Virus record (IMG/VR): IMGVR_UViG_3300020477_001008
Span: 124,001-188,000 of that record
Strand: one strand, 5' to 3'
Length of the DNA stretch: 64,000 nucleotides
The position numbers and the translations under genes are program-made. This document shows positions 18,849 to 28,584 of this stretch, piece by piece (position 1 is the stretch's first letter; each line of letters opens with the position of its first letter). The notes beneath the pieces are model-generated. The model saw only the letters and a program-made list of their open reading frames with translations, did no database searches and was not told the origin of the DNA.

Positions 18849-20686
18849 TACTATTATGTTGGTGGCTTGTTATGACAAAGGTACAAGCTAATGAAACAGA
18901 ACAATTTAAATCAGAATCTTTTTATGAAGAAGATGGTGCGTTAGTTGTTGATATAACAATTTATTTGATTAGAGATCCAAGCACACTTACAACAAAATCA
19001 ATGAGTGTTGATTATGTAGACAAATACACAATTGAAAATACAAATAGTGTTGATACAATACAAGCAATACAAAGAGTAACAGGTTTAACAATAGTACAAT
19101 CAGGTCCAACAGGACAACAAACATCAATCTTTATGAGAGGAACAAATTCTAATCATACAATGGTTGCTATAAATGGAATACCAATTAAAGATAATTCAAC
19201 AACAGGCGGACTACACGATTTAGGACAAGACTTTATTAAACATATTACTGGAATACAAGTAGTAAAAGGTTCACAAGGAACACTATTTGGTCCAAATGCA
19301 GTTGGTGGTGTAATTAATTTTATTACAACAGACAGTTATGAAAATTCAATATCAACAACAATAGGATCAAACAATACTAAAGGTGTAACAGTAAAAATAC
19401 ACGAAGATATTGATAATCACTCAATAAGTTTAATTTTAGATGGTACAAAATCAGATGGTATATCAGTATATCCAAATGGTGCTGAAAAAGATGGATATGA
19501 TACTAAAAATATTACAGTAAACACAAATAGTAAATTTGAAAACTTTGATATAGGAACTACTATTATTAAAAGAAATAATAATTCAGATTTAGATGCATCA
19601 GGTTCTGATGATACAGATTACACATCAAATAACAAAATGAGTGTATATCAAATTTATACAAAAATAAAAAATGCACTAGGATTTAGTAATTTTACTTTTT
19701 CTAGAAGTGAATATGATAGAGAATATGTAAATGGTACAGAAATTGATGAATATGATTCAAATACGAACACTTATCTTTTTACAAATACTTTTATGTTTAA
19801 TGATTTTGATATAACGCCTGGTATTGAGTATGAACAATATGATGGTACGTTTAACAATAGAGGTTCATATACATCATCAGTTGATAAAGAAGGAGATAAC
19901 ACAGGAACATTTATTAATGGAAATTATCTAGTAAATGATAAACTTCTTTTTTCAATAGGTTTAAGAAATGATAACTCTAGTATGTTTAACAACTATAACA
20001 CTTATAGACTAGGTACTACATATGAACTAACTGATGACTTAACATTAAAAAGCAATTATTCAACAGCAGTAAAAACACCTACACTATACGAACTATATGG
20101 TGCAGACAGTTATGGTTATAATGGTAATCCTGACTTACAACCAGAAGAAGCAGAAACAATAGATATAGGTTTTGAATATCAAATAAATGATAAAATGGAT
20201 ATGGACCTTGTTTACTTTACTACTGACTTAGATAATATGATCACGTATGGTAATAGTACATATTCAAATGCAACAGGTACATCTAACAGACACGGTGCTG
20301 AATTAAAAATGAATAGTGCTATAGATGAAAACTTTTATGTAAGGTCAGGTACAACGTTTACTATTGCACAAGACAGTGATGATAAACAAGTTACTAGAAG
20401 ACCAAAATGGAATTGGTTTACAGGTATTGATTACAAGAAAGACAAAGTTACAAACACACTTGAATGGATTTATACTGGAAAGCATTTAGACATAGATTCA
20501 CAAACTTATGCTACTATTGAAAAACCAGCAGTTGATATAATTAATTTTCATTCAAAGTATGAGCTTAATGAAAGTTCAGAATTAATACTTTCTGTAAACA
20601 ATCTTACAGATGTAGATTATGAAAGACCAGATGGCTATTCGCAAGATGGTAGAAACTTCTTACTAACATTTAAAATTAAATACTAA
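18818..20686 (+). CDS. btuB: TonB-dependent outer-membrane receptor, BtuB-like (vitamin B12)
   Basis: Signal peptide; plug motif SIFMRGTNSNHTMVAINGIPI, GSQGTLFGPNAVGGVINFIT, NPDLQPEE; C-terminal NNLTD.DYE...GY...GR.F....K.KY; downstream of Cbl riboswitch. Confidence 0.85.
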   Translation: MVKKILLSAIILLCWWLVMTKVQANETEQFKSESFYEEDGALVVDITIYLIRDPSTLTTKSMSVDYVDKYTIENTNSVDTIQAIQRVTGLTIVQSGPTGQQTSIFMRGTNSNHTMVAINGIPIKDNSTTGGLHDLGQDFIKHITGIQVVKGSQGTLFGPNAVGGVINFITTDSYENSISTTIGSNNTKGVTVKIHEDIDNHSISLILDGTKSDGISVYPNGAEKDGYDTKNITVNTNSKFENFDIGTTIIKRNNNSDLDASGSDDTDYTSNNKMSVYQIYTKIKNALGFSNFTFSRSEYDREYVNGTEIDEYDSNTNTYLFTNTFMFNDFDITPGIEYEQYDGTFNNRGSYTSSVDKEGDNTGTFINGNYLVNDKLLFSIGLRNDNSSMFNNYNTYRLGTTYELTDDLTLKSNYSTAVKTPTLYELYGADSYGYNGNPDLQPEEAETIDIGFEYQINDKMDMDLVYFTTDLDNMITYGNSTYSNATGTSNRHGAELKMNSAIDENFYVRSGTTFTIAQDSDDKQVTRRPKWNWFTGIDYKKDKVTNTLEWIYTGKHLDIDSQTYATIEKPAVDIINFHSKYELNESSELILSVNNLTDVDYERPDGYSQDGRNFLLTFKIKY

Positions 20687-20712
20687 TATAAATATAGTTA
20701 AAGGAAATAAAA

Positions 20713-21483
20713 ATGCCATACCACAATAGTGATAAAAGGTTTGAAAAATATCAGAACATAGCATTTATGCCATTAGACATTCCATATGAAAAAATGGATT
20801 TAGAAGAGCTACAAGTATTTTCTGATAGGAACTATATATGGCCACCTGATGTACACACAAATTTGTACGGAAATAAAAAAAACAAACACGGTGAATATGT
20901 TGAAAAACATCCTCATATGATTTGGAGAATAGTTTGTTTACGTGGTCAAGGATTTGAAAAACCTGAAGATTGGATTGATGCGGCAATGGTTAGAAACTCT
21001 TGGTCAAGCAGATTAGAACGTACACAAGAAGTTAAAAACAATCCAAACTTACCAAAAGAACTACAAGGTATAATAAAGTTAATTGAACAATTACCTATAC
21101 AATGTAATCACGCAGAACTTGTACAGCAAAGAAAAGATGTTCCATTACATAATGACGCCGCAGTAGATTTAGATTCAAGTAAGCTATCTCCATATGAACC
21201 ATCAGGTTTTAGATTACTATTAAATGATGTAAGAAAACCAAGTTTTTATTTCTGTAAAGAACACAAACCAACAGAAGACAATCCATTGTTATATGTGGAT
21301 GTACCAATGGATACAAATGCGTTTGTGATTAATGAATTAGTATACCCACACGGTGCTAAAAAAATAGACGAATTAAAGTGGGTAGTAACAGCAACTGGTC
21401 CTATAGATTCTGGAAAACATTTACAATTATTGGAAAAAAGCTATAACAAATATAGTGATAAAATAATTGCATTTACAGAGTAA
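20713..21483 (+). CDS. hypothetical protein, possible 2OG/Fe(II) oxygenase-type cupin
   Basis: HxD (LHND) and distal His (YPHGA); late promoter TATAAATA at 20687-20694. Confidence 0.45.
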   Translation: MPYHNSDKRFEKYQNIAFMPLDIPYEKMDLEELQVFSDRNYIWPPDVHTNLYGNKKNKHGEYVEKHPHMIWRIVCLRGQGFEKPEDWIDAAMVRNSWSSRLERTQEVKNNPNLPKELQGIIKLIEQLPIQCNHAELVQQRKDVPLHNDAAVDLDSSKLSPYEPSGFRLLLNDVRKPSFYFCKEHKPTEDNPLLYVDVPMDTNAFVINELVYPHGAKKIDELKWVVTATGPIDSGKHLQLLEKSYNKYSDKIIAFTE

Positions 21484-21563
21484 CCAGTTGGTTTAAAAGC
21501 CCCTCCCGGGATTAAGGAACCTAAGGTGTAAAAGCTATGGTTCCTTTCTATTGAAAAAAAGAC

Positions 21564-21592
21564 TTGACTTTATCATAAAAGCTAAATATAAT
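21564..21592 (+). promoter_or_regulatory. overlapping sigma70 and late promoter of the SSB gene
   Basis: TTGACT(21564-69)-N17-TATAAT(21587-92), with TAAATA at 21583-88. Confidence 0.7.
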
Positions 21593-21626
21593 GTGTATAT
21601 AATGTTTAAGATATTTTATACATTAT

Positions 21627-21675
21627 GGCAAACAAAGGCTAATATAGGCAAACATAGGCTTAATAAAAGGAGGCA
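21627..21675 (+). repeat. 10-nt-period GGC(A/T)AA repeats in the gp32 leader
   Basis: GGC at 21627, 21637, 21647 and 21657; GGCAAACAAAGGCT / GGCAAACATAGGCT direct repeat before SD AGGAGG. Confidence 0.7.
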
Positions 21676-21681
21676 CATTAT

Positions 21682-22728
21682 ATGGCATCATTAGCAGACA
21701 TCCGTGCGAAACTGGCGGCACAAGAAAATAAAAGCTCAAACAGAGCATCAGTTTCAGATAACGCAATTTACCCATTTTGGAATATACCTGAAGGAACAAC
21801 TTCTACTATGAGGTTCTTACCTGATGGAGATAAATCCAATACTTTCTTTTGGCAAGAAAGAGCAATGATTAAATTACCATTTCCAGGAGTTAAAGGTCAA
21901 GCTGATACTAAACCAACTTTAGTACAAGTACCTTGTATGGAAATGTTTAATGAACCTTGCCCAGTACTTGCAGAAGTAAGAACTTGGTTTAAAGATTCAT
22001 CTTTAGAAGATATGGGTAGAAAATATTGGAAGAAAAGAAGTTACATCTTTCAAGGTTTTGTAGTTAATTCAACTTTAGACGAGGAAACTACACCAGAGAA
22101 TCCTATTCGAAGGTTTGTAATTAATCCATCAATATATCAAATCATCAGATCAGCATTAATGAATCCTGATATGGAAGATCTACCAACTGATATTGAAAAA
22201 GGTAGAGATTTCAAATTAACAAAAACACAAAAAGGTGGTTATGCTGATTATTCAACTTCAACTTGGTCATTTAAATCAAGAGCATTAAGTGATTCAGAAC
22301 AAGGTGCAATCAAACAATATGGTTTGCATAACTTGGCAGACTTTATGCCTAAAAAACCATCTCAAGAAGATCTTAACGTGATTCAAGAGATGTTTAAAGC
22401 ATCAGTTGATGGTGAATTGTATGATCCAGAAAGATTTGGACAATATTATAAGCCAGCTGGATTAAACACAGGATCTAAAGCAACGGCTACAACTAAATCA
22501 GTACCAGTACAAGCGGCACCAACACAGCCAGCACCTGTACAAACTGAAGCAGTAGTACAACCGTCACCTGTTCAAGCTGAAGTTAAAGTAGCAGAAACAG
22601 TAACAGCGACAGCAACAACTGAATCTCCTGCTCAAACAACAGCACCAGCAACATCTACAGCAAGTCAAAGTAAAGTATCAGCAGATGATATTTTATCAAT
22701 GATTAGAAGTAGACAAGCTAACAAATAA
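21682..22728 (+). CDS. single-stranded DNA-binding protein (T4 gp32-like)
   Basis: MASLADIRAKL, RFLPDG, VPCMEM...CPV, RKYWKK.SYIFQG, GRDFKLTK and YADYSTS. Confidence 0.93.
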   Translation: MASLADIRAKLAAQENKSSNRASVSDNAIYPFWNIPEGTTSTMRFLPDGDKSNTFFWQERAMIKLPFPGVKGQADTKPTLVQVPCMEMFNEPCPVLAEVRTWFKDSSLEDMGRKYWKKRSYIFQGFVVNSTLDEETTPENPIRRFVINPSIYQIIRSALMNPDMEDLPTDIEKGRDFKLTKTQKGGYADYSTSTWSFKSRALSDSEQGAIKQYGLHNLADFMPKKPSQEDLNVIQEMFKASVDGELYDPERFGQYYKPAGLNTGSKATATTKSVPVQAAPTQPAPVQTEAVVQPSPVQAEVKVAETVTATATTESPAQTTAPATSTASQSKVSADDILSMIRSRQANK

Positions 22729-22730
22729 TT

Positions 22731-22770
22731 TGTATAATAGAGGCTGTGGGGAAACTCACAGCCTTATACA
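22731..22770 (+). terminator. GAAA-tetraloop hairpin between the SSB and uvsX genes
   Basis: AGGCTGTGGG-GAAA-CTCACAGCCT flanked by TGTATA/TATACA; no U-tract. Confidence 0.6.
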
Positions 22771-22785
22771 AGAACAGGAGAAATT

Positions 22786-23889
22786 ATGGTAAGACCATTT
22801 GACGTAAGTAAGTTTAGATCCAGTTTAACAAAAAGTATACAGGGTATTTCTACAGGTTTTGAATCTGATCCTGATACTTGGATCTCAACAGGAAATTATA
22901 CATTAAATTATCTAATTAGTGGAGACTTTAATAAAGGTGTACCGCTAGGTAGAGTAACAATGTTAGCAGGAGAATCAGGCTCGGGTAAGAGTTTAATTGC
23001 TTCTGGTAACTTAATTAAAAATGCACAAGACCAAGGTATATTTTGTGTAGCAATAGACAGTGAAAATGCATTACACGAAGATTGGTTACAAGCATTAGGT
23101 GTAGATACATCACCTGAAAAGATGTTAAGAATAAATGTATCAATGGTAGATGATGTTGCTAAAATTATTAGTGACTTTATTTCAAGTTATAAAAAAGATT
23201 ACGAAGGTAAAGAAGACAAGCCAAAAATTCTATTTGTTGTAGATAGTTTGGGTATGTTACTAACACCAACAGATAGAGATCAATTTGAAAAAGGTGAAAT
23301 GAAAGGTGATTTAGGGAGAAAAGCTAAATCATTAACAGCACTCATTCGTAATACAGTAAATTTAATTGGTAGTTTAAATATTGGATTAGTAGCAACTAAT
23401 CATACATACGCATCGCAAGATATGTTTGATCCAGATGATAAGATATCAGGTGGACAAGGTTTTATGTATGCAAGTTCAGTAGTAGTTGCTATGAGAAAAC
23501 TTAAACTCAAAGAAGACGAAGATGGTAATAAAATAACTGATGTAACTGGTATTAGATCAGCTTGTAAAGTAATGAAATCAAGGTTTAATAAACCTTTTGA
23601 AGCAGTACAAGTAAAAATTCCATATGAAAAAGGAATGGATCCATATTCAGGATTAGTTGACTTGTTTGAAAAGAAAGAAATTTTAGTAAAACAAGGTAAT
23701 AGATTAAAGTACGTTGACAGATTTGGAAAAGAACATTTACATTATCGTAAACAATGGACGGGAGAACATTTGGATTTAGTTATGGCTGAGTTCCAGGATA
23801 ATAATGACCCGGAAAACATAAATAAAACCAAACAAACCATAGGAGCAAACAGCGATGATGAATCACTCGGAGGTAGCGATGCTACTTGA
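22786..23889 (+). CDS. uvsX: RecA-like recombinase UvsX
   Basis: WISTGNYTLNYLISG, Walker A AGESGSGKS, DSENAL, VVDSLGML and ISGGQG. Confidence 0.95.
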   Translation: MVRPFDVSKFRSSLTKSIQGISTGFESDPDTWISTGNYTLNYLISGDFNKGVPLGRVTMLAGESGSGKSLIASGNLIKNAQDQGIFCVAIDSENALHEDWLQALGVDTSPEKMLRINVSMVDDVAKIISDFISSYKKDYEGKEDKPKILFVVDSLGMLLTPTDRDQFEKGEMKGDLGRKAKSLTALIRNTVNLIGSLNIGLVATNHTYASQDMFDPDDKISGGQGFMYASSVVVAMRKLKLKEDEDGNKITDVTGIRSACKVMKSRFNKPFEAVQVKIPYEKGMDPYSGLVDLFEKKEILVKQGNRLKYVDRFGKEHLHYRKQWTGEHLDLVMAEFQDNNDPENINKTKQTIGANSDDESLGGSDAT

Positions 23890-24115
23890 AGCCTGGAATA
23901 AAATAGTTGAATACATACCACAAAAAGATAGAATGGAAGCCGCAAAAGCTTATGTAACATTATTAGATGATTACGGCATTGACGGCCAAGATTTAGAAGA
24001 GTTTAAAGGTAGTGATGACTATTTAGAAACAGCAATCTCAGAACATTATGAAGATTTAGAAGAGTATGATGATGAAGATGAAGGATCTGCGTACAACGAC
24101 GAAGAGGCTTACTAA
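23855..24115 (+). CDS. acidic hypothetical protein
   Basis: 86 aa between uvsX and uvsY; alternative start at 23879 after GGAGGT. Confidence 0.7.
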   Translation: MMNHSEVAMLLEAWNKIVEYIPQKDRMEAAKAYVTLLDDYGIDGQDLEEFKGSDDYLETAISEHYEDLEEYDDEDEGSAYNDEEAY

Positions 24116-24588
24116 TGTCAGCTAAATGGTACGGACAAGTTTCAAACAATCTTGGTAAGATTCCTGAATGTATCGAATATTACGAAAATCAATTAGAAGA
24201 AGCAAGACTAGAGTGTGGACTTACTGGTAACATTGAAAGAAATGCTAAAAATGTTCCTGGTATAGTTGAACATCGATTTAATCAATTACAAGAAATAGAA
24301 GCAATTTTAGAGTTTCTTAATATCCAACTAAGAAAAATCAGAAGTAAACATTATAAGAAGTTTTTAGAAAATTATCAAAGAGCATTAACATCAAATGATG
24401 TTAGAAACTATATTGACGGAGAAGATGACGTTGTTGATATGGCTAATTTAGTTAATGAATTTGCTTTGTTAAGAAATAAATTCTTAGGTTTACTTAAAGC
24501 CATTGATGCCAAACAATTTCAAATTAATAATATTGTAAAATTAAGGGTAGCTGGGCTAGATGATGCAGAATTATTTGCAAAAAAATAG
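24115..24588 (+). CDS. uvsY: recombination mediator UvsY-like
   Basis: Position between uvsX and uvsW; ...RALTSNDVRNYIDGEDDV...LLRNKFLG..KAID.KQFQI.NIVKLR.AG. Confidence 0.75.
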   Translation: MSAKWYGQVSNNLGKIPECIEYYENQLEEARLECGLTGNIERNAKNVPGIVEHRFNQLQEIEAILEFLNIQLRKIRSKHYKKFLENYQRALTSNDVRNYIDGEDDVVDMANLVNEFALLRNKFLGLLKAIDAKQFQINNIVKLRVAGLDDAELFAKK

Positions 24589-24603
24589 TCTCAGTTGTAT
24601 AAT
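24575..24603 (+). promoter_or_regulatory. sigma70 promoter; uvsW ATG 5 nt after the -10
   Basis: TTGCAA(24575-80)-N17-TATAAT(24598-603)-N5-ATG(24609). Confidence 0.65.
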
Positions 24604-24608
24604 AAGAA

Positions 24609-26060
24609 ATGAAAACAACAGTACTGCATATTAAAGACGAAGTAAATGTTAAGTTTGAAAACTTAGATGTAGTAACTCGTAGAAAAATTTCCGACAAGTT
24701 AAAATTTTTTGTACCATATGCATATCATTTACCAGCATATAAGCTAGGAAGATGGGATGGTAATATACGTTTCTGTGATATAGGTGGAAGAACATATTTA
24801 AATTTAATTGATAGAATACTGCCTGTTATTGAAGATCAAGATTATGATATTAAAATCAAAGATGATAGAAAAGATTATGATTTAAAATTTGAAGCTATAG
24901 ATGAAGGATATTTGTCAGAAATTACTTGGCCTAAAACTCATCCAGAAGCTGGAGAACCAATTATATTAAGAGACTATCAAGTTAAAGTTATAAATGAATT
25001 TATAAAAGCACCACAAAGTTTACAAGAAATTGCCACAGGTGCAGGTAAAACAATTATTACTGCCGCATTATCAAAAATGTGTGAGAAGTATGGTAGAACT
25101 ATTGTTATAGTACCTAATAAAAGTTTAGTAGGACAAACAGAACAAGATTATATTACTTGCGGATTAGATGTTGGTGTATATTTTGGAGACAGAAAAGAAT
25201 TAGGTCATCAACATACAATTTGTACTTGGCAAAGTTTAAATGTATTGCACAAAAAAACTAAAAAAGCAGAAGCTCCTTTTCCTTTAGATGAGTTTATAAA
25301 AGATGTTGTATGTGTAATGGTAGATGAAGTTCATATGGCAAAAGCAGATGTATTAAAAACTTTATTAACAGGACCATTTGCACACGTTCCAATGAGATGG
25401 GGATTAACAGGAACAATACCAAAAGAAGATTATGAAAAAATAAGTTTAATAGCTTCACTAGGTAAAGTAATAAATCAATTATCAGCAAGTGAATTACAAG
25501 AAAAAGGTGTGTTAGCACAATGCCACGTTAATATTATTCAAACGCAAGACTTTCAAACTTTTAGATCTTACCCAGAAGAATTAACTTATCTTACAAGTTT
25601 TAAACCAAGACTTACATTTATGGGTAAGTTAGTTGATGAAATAAGATCAGGTGGTAATACATTAATATTAGTTGATAGAATTAAAACAGGAGAACTGTTA
25701 CAAGAAGAAATACCTGGATCAGTTTTTATACAAGGTAAAACAAAATTAGAAACACGTGAAGAAGAATATTCAGAAGTAGCTACAGAACAATATAAAGTTA
25801 TTATTGCAACATACGGAGTTGCGGCAGTAGGTATTAATTTACCAAGAATTTTTAATCTAGTACTTGTGGAACCAGGAAAAAGCTTTGTAAGAGTTATACA
25901 AAGTATAGGAAGAGGTATTAGAAAAGCAGAAGACAAAGATTATGTGCAAATTTGGGATATTACATCAAGTTGCAAATATTCAAAAAGACACTTAACGGCA
26001 AGAAAAAGGTTTTACAAAGAAGCCAAATACCCGTATACTGTTAGTAAGGTAAAAATATAA
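24609..26060 (+). CDS. uvsW: SF2 DNA helicase UvsW
   Basis: LRDYQ, ATGAGKT, DEVH, GLTGT, GINLP and QSIGRGIRK. Confidence 0.93.
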   Translation: MKTTVLHIKDEVNVKFENLDVVTRRKISDKLKFFVPYAYHLPAYKLGRWDGNIRFCDIGGRTYLNLIDRILPVIEDQDYDIKIKDDRKDYDLKFEAIDEGYLSEITWPKTHPEAGEPIILRDYQVKVINEFIKAPQSLQEIATGAGKTIITAALSKMCEKYGRTIVIVPNKSLVGQTEQDYITCGLDVGVYFGDRKELGHQHTICTWQSLNVLHKKTKKAEAPFPLDEFIKDVVCVMVDEVHMAKADVLKTLLTGPFAHVPMRWGLTGTIPKEDYEKISLIASLGKVINQLSASELQEKGVLAQCHVNIIQTQDFQTFRSYPEELTYLTSFKPRLTFMGKLVDEIRSGGNTLILVDRIKTGELLQEEIPGSVFIQGKTKLETREEEYSEVATEQYKVIIATYGVAAVGINLPRIFNLVLVEPGKSFVRVIQSIGRGIRKAEDKDYVQIWDITSSCKYSKRHLTARKRFYKEAKYPYTVSKVKI

Positions 26061-26560
26061 TGAAGATATTAACAACAGAAAATTATTCGTACAATTTAGA
26101 CAAAGTTCCAGAATCAGCAGATGAAGTGCAATATTGTGTGTTGGATACTAATAATCCAAAAAATATAGACTTCTTTTTTGTGCCTTTAATTTTTATGGAA
26201 ACTTTTAATGCTCCAAGTATGATAATGGAAATAGGAAGAAACACAGTTCAAATGCCTATTGATTGGAGCGTCTTGGCTGTTGAAAGAGAATTAGGGATAT
26301 GTGAAATGGTTCCGTTAACAAGTTTAAATGATAGAGGATTTGAAGTATTAACAATTAATCCACTGACTCATAAAATGATACAAGCAAAAGAAGTTAAAAT
26401 AGTAAATGTGTTTCAAGAAGTAAAATGGTATTTTCCAAAATTAAAACACGGACATATAATTGCTGTTCCATTAAATGACCAACCAAATCCACCGTGTGTT
26501 TTCTTTGCAAAAGAAACAAATCAAATTCCAGACTCTTTTGATGCAGGGAGTATACTATGA
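26060..26560 (+). CDS. conserved hypothetical protein
   Basis: 166 aa, coupled to uvsW. Confidence 0.75.
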   Translation: MKILTTENYSYNLDKVPESADEVQYCVLDTNNPKNIDFFFVPLIFMETFNAPSMIMEIGRNTVQMPIDWSVLAVERELGICEMVPLTSLNDRGFEVLTINPLTHKMIQAKEVKIVNVFQEVKWYFPKLKHGHIIAVPLNDQPNPPCVFFAKETNQIPDSFDAGSIL

Positions 26561-27030
26561 CAAAGCCAAATATAAATTTAAATCAGATGTTGTATAATTT
26601 AGATATTGGTAAAAAGGATTGGTACGAAAATTTAGATAGTGAACTTAAAAAAACATTTTCATCATATCTTGCTATGAGATTTGCTAGTAGTATAAAAGCT
26701 AGTAAAATATTACAAGAAACATATATTCAAAATGTTAATGAGTTTTGCAATAAGGATTTTTCTACTTTACAAAAACACGCAGGTGATAGTTTATTATTTT
26801 GGAAGTTATTATGTTTATGTGGTGTAGGTAAAAAAATGTTTCACCCGTGGATTAAAGCACCAAAAGGAAAAGGTAAAAAAACTAAAAGGATTGAGTTTCT
26901 ACAATCATTATATCCTAACTATAAAAATGATGAAGTAGAGTTATTGTCAAGCATATTAGATAAAGATGCTATAAAGCAATTAGCTCGTGATGCCGGATTA
27001 GATGATAAAGAAATTAAATTATTAAAATGA
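26557..27030 (+). CDS. hypothetical protein, remotely like clamp-loader small subunit gp62
   Basis: YLAMRFASS...FHPWIKAPK...EFLQSLYP pattern; weak similarity. Confidence 0.4.
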   Translation: MTKPNINLNQMLYNLDIGKKDWYENLDSELKKTFSSYLAMRFASSIKASKILQETYIQNVNEFCNKDFSTLQKHAGDSLLFWKLLCLCGVGKKMFHPWIKAPKGKGKKTKRIEFLQSLYPNYKNDEVELLSSILDKDAIKQLARDAGLDDKEIKLLK

Positions 27031-27704
27031 TGTATGAGTGTAAGTTCTGCAAAAAAAGTTTTTCTAATGAAAGCACACTGGTTGCACATCTTTGTGAACC
27101 AAAAAGAAGATGGAACAATAGGAAAGATACAAACGTGCAATTAGCTTTAAGATGTTATCAACACTTTTTTCGTATTAGTAGTACTACTATGAAAAATGAA
27201 AGAAACTATGAAGACTTTATGGGAAGCAAATATTATACAGCATTTGTTAAATTTGCAAACTATGTAACTGGAGTTTATATTGCATCAGTAGAACATTATA
27301 TTGAATGGTTGTTAAAGAACAGAGAAAGAGTTGACAGATGGTCAAGCGATGAAGTATATGAAAAATATATTAAAGAATTTAGTCATAGAGAAAGTGTTAG
27401 TTCAGCAACAGAAAGAACTATACTATCAATACAAAAATGGGCAGAAGAAATAAATGCAGATTGGACTAAATTTTTTGAAGAAGTATCTTTACCAAGAGCA
27501 ATTCATATGATTAGATCAGGTAAAATTAGTCCGTGGGTTATCTATAACAGTGAAGGCGGAATAAACTTATTAGAAAAATTATCTTCAGAACAAATGACAA
27601 TGATTGAAGATTATATTTCACCAGGTCCTTGGGCTAAACGATTTCAAGATAGTCCTGATGATGTTAAATTTGTAATAGAAGTAACTAAGGCGGCTGGACT
27701 ATGA
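27027..27704 (+). CDS. hypothetical protein with N-terminal C2H2-like Zn finger
   Basis: YECKFCKKSFSNESTLVAHLC. Confidence 0.7.
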   Translation: MMYECKFCKKSFSNESTLVAHLCEPKRRWNNRKDTNVQLALRCYQHFFRISSTTMKNERNYEDFMGSKYYTAFVKFANYVTGVYIASVEHYIEWLLKNRERVDRWSSDEVYEKYIKEFSHRESVSSATERTILSIQKWAEEINADWTKFFEEVSLPRAIHMIRSGKISPWVIYNSEGGINLLEKLSSEQMTMIEDYISPGPWAKRFQDSPDDVKFVIEVTKAAGL

Positions 27705-27982
27705 CAAAAGAAATAACTGATTTACGATCTATAGCAACAGCAATGACTCTTACGGAAACAAATAGAAAAGAAATATTAGAAGAATGGGAAAAATTACAAG
27801 TAGTAGTACAGTTAGCTGAAAAAGAACTGTATAATAAAAATGTAGATACTGTTAAACAATCTTTAATTCAAATGAAAGATTTAGGGCAAAGAGTAAAGAT
27901 GTTAGAAACATATACAGGCTCTCTTAAAAATAGAGTAGAAGTATTAATACAACAACGAGATCCAAGGCATAATCAAGAATGA
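27701..27982 (+). CDS. hypothetical coiled-coil protein
   Basis: 93 aa, 4-nt overlaps on both sides. Confidence 0.7.
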   Translation: MTKEITDLRSIATAMTLTETNRKEILEEWEKLQVVVQLAEKELYNKNVDTVKQSLIQMKDLGQRVKMLETYTGSLKNRVEVLIQQRDPRHNQE

Positions 27983-28584
27983 ATATAGCTAAAACAGATA
28001 TAGATATAGATACAGGTAATAGAGATAAACTTTTAGAATTATTAAAGCATATACCTGCAAGTATTAAAGATAAGAATGGATTAAAAAAACATAATACAGG
28101 TGTGTATTGCACAGATATTCCAGTTAATCCAATTCTTGGTGTATCTAATATTGAGTATAAAGAAGCAGAAGAGAGAGGTTATTTTAAATTAGATATTTTA
28201 AATGTATCAATTTACAATGATGTAAAAGATGAAAAGCATTTAATAGAACTTTTAAATCAGGAGCCGTTATGGGAATTACTCACGCACAAAGAATTCAGCA
28301 GTCAATTGTTTCACGTAGGAGAACACAGTTCGATACTAAAGACAATGAATCCAACAAGCATAGAACAACTAGCGATGGTACTAGCAATTATCAGACCAGC
28401 CAAGAGGAACTTGCTAGGAAAAAGTTGGGAAGAAATAAAAAGCCAAGTTTGGGTTAAGCCAACTGACGGATCTTATTACTTTAAGAAGGCACACGCCATA
28501 GCCTATGCACACGCCATTGTCGTTCAGATGAACTTAATATGTAATGATTTTTCGGGGGTACTTACACCCCAGGTGACCACTTAA
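27979..28584 (+). CDS. miniature DNA polymerase III alpha (DnaE)-like protein
   Basis: DIDID, KHNTGVY, GYFKLDIL, L.M.LAIIRP and YYFKKAHAIAYA are family-C polymerase palm/thumb motifs in only 201 aa. Confidence 0.8.
   Translation: MNIAKTDIDIDTGNRDKLLELLKHIPASIKDKNGLKKHNTGVYCTDIPVNPILGVSNIEYKEAEERGYFKLDILNVSIYNDVKDEKHLIELLNQEPLWELLTHKEFSSQLFHVGEHSSILKTMNPTSIEQLAMVLAIIRPAKRNLLGKSWEEIKSQVWVKPTDGSYYFKKAHAIAYAHAIVVQMNLICNDFSGVLTPQVTT

Noticed and set aside
21627-21660. GGCAAAC resembling the c-di-GMP-I (GEMM) riboswitch
   Set aside because: No GNRA/receptor stems or second hairpin; the sequence is an unstructured repeat.
26060-26560. Possible Hint/intein-like beta pattern in the gene after uvsW
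   Set aside because: No N-terminal Cys/Ser or C-terminal HN splice motifs; free-standing ORF with insufficient evidence.
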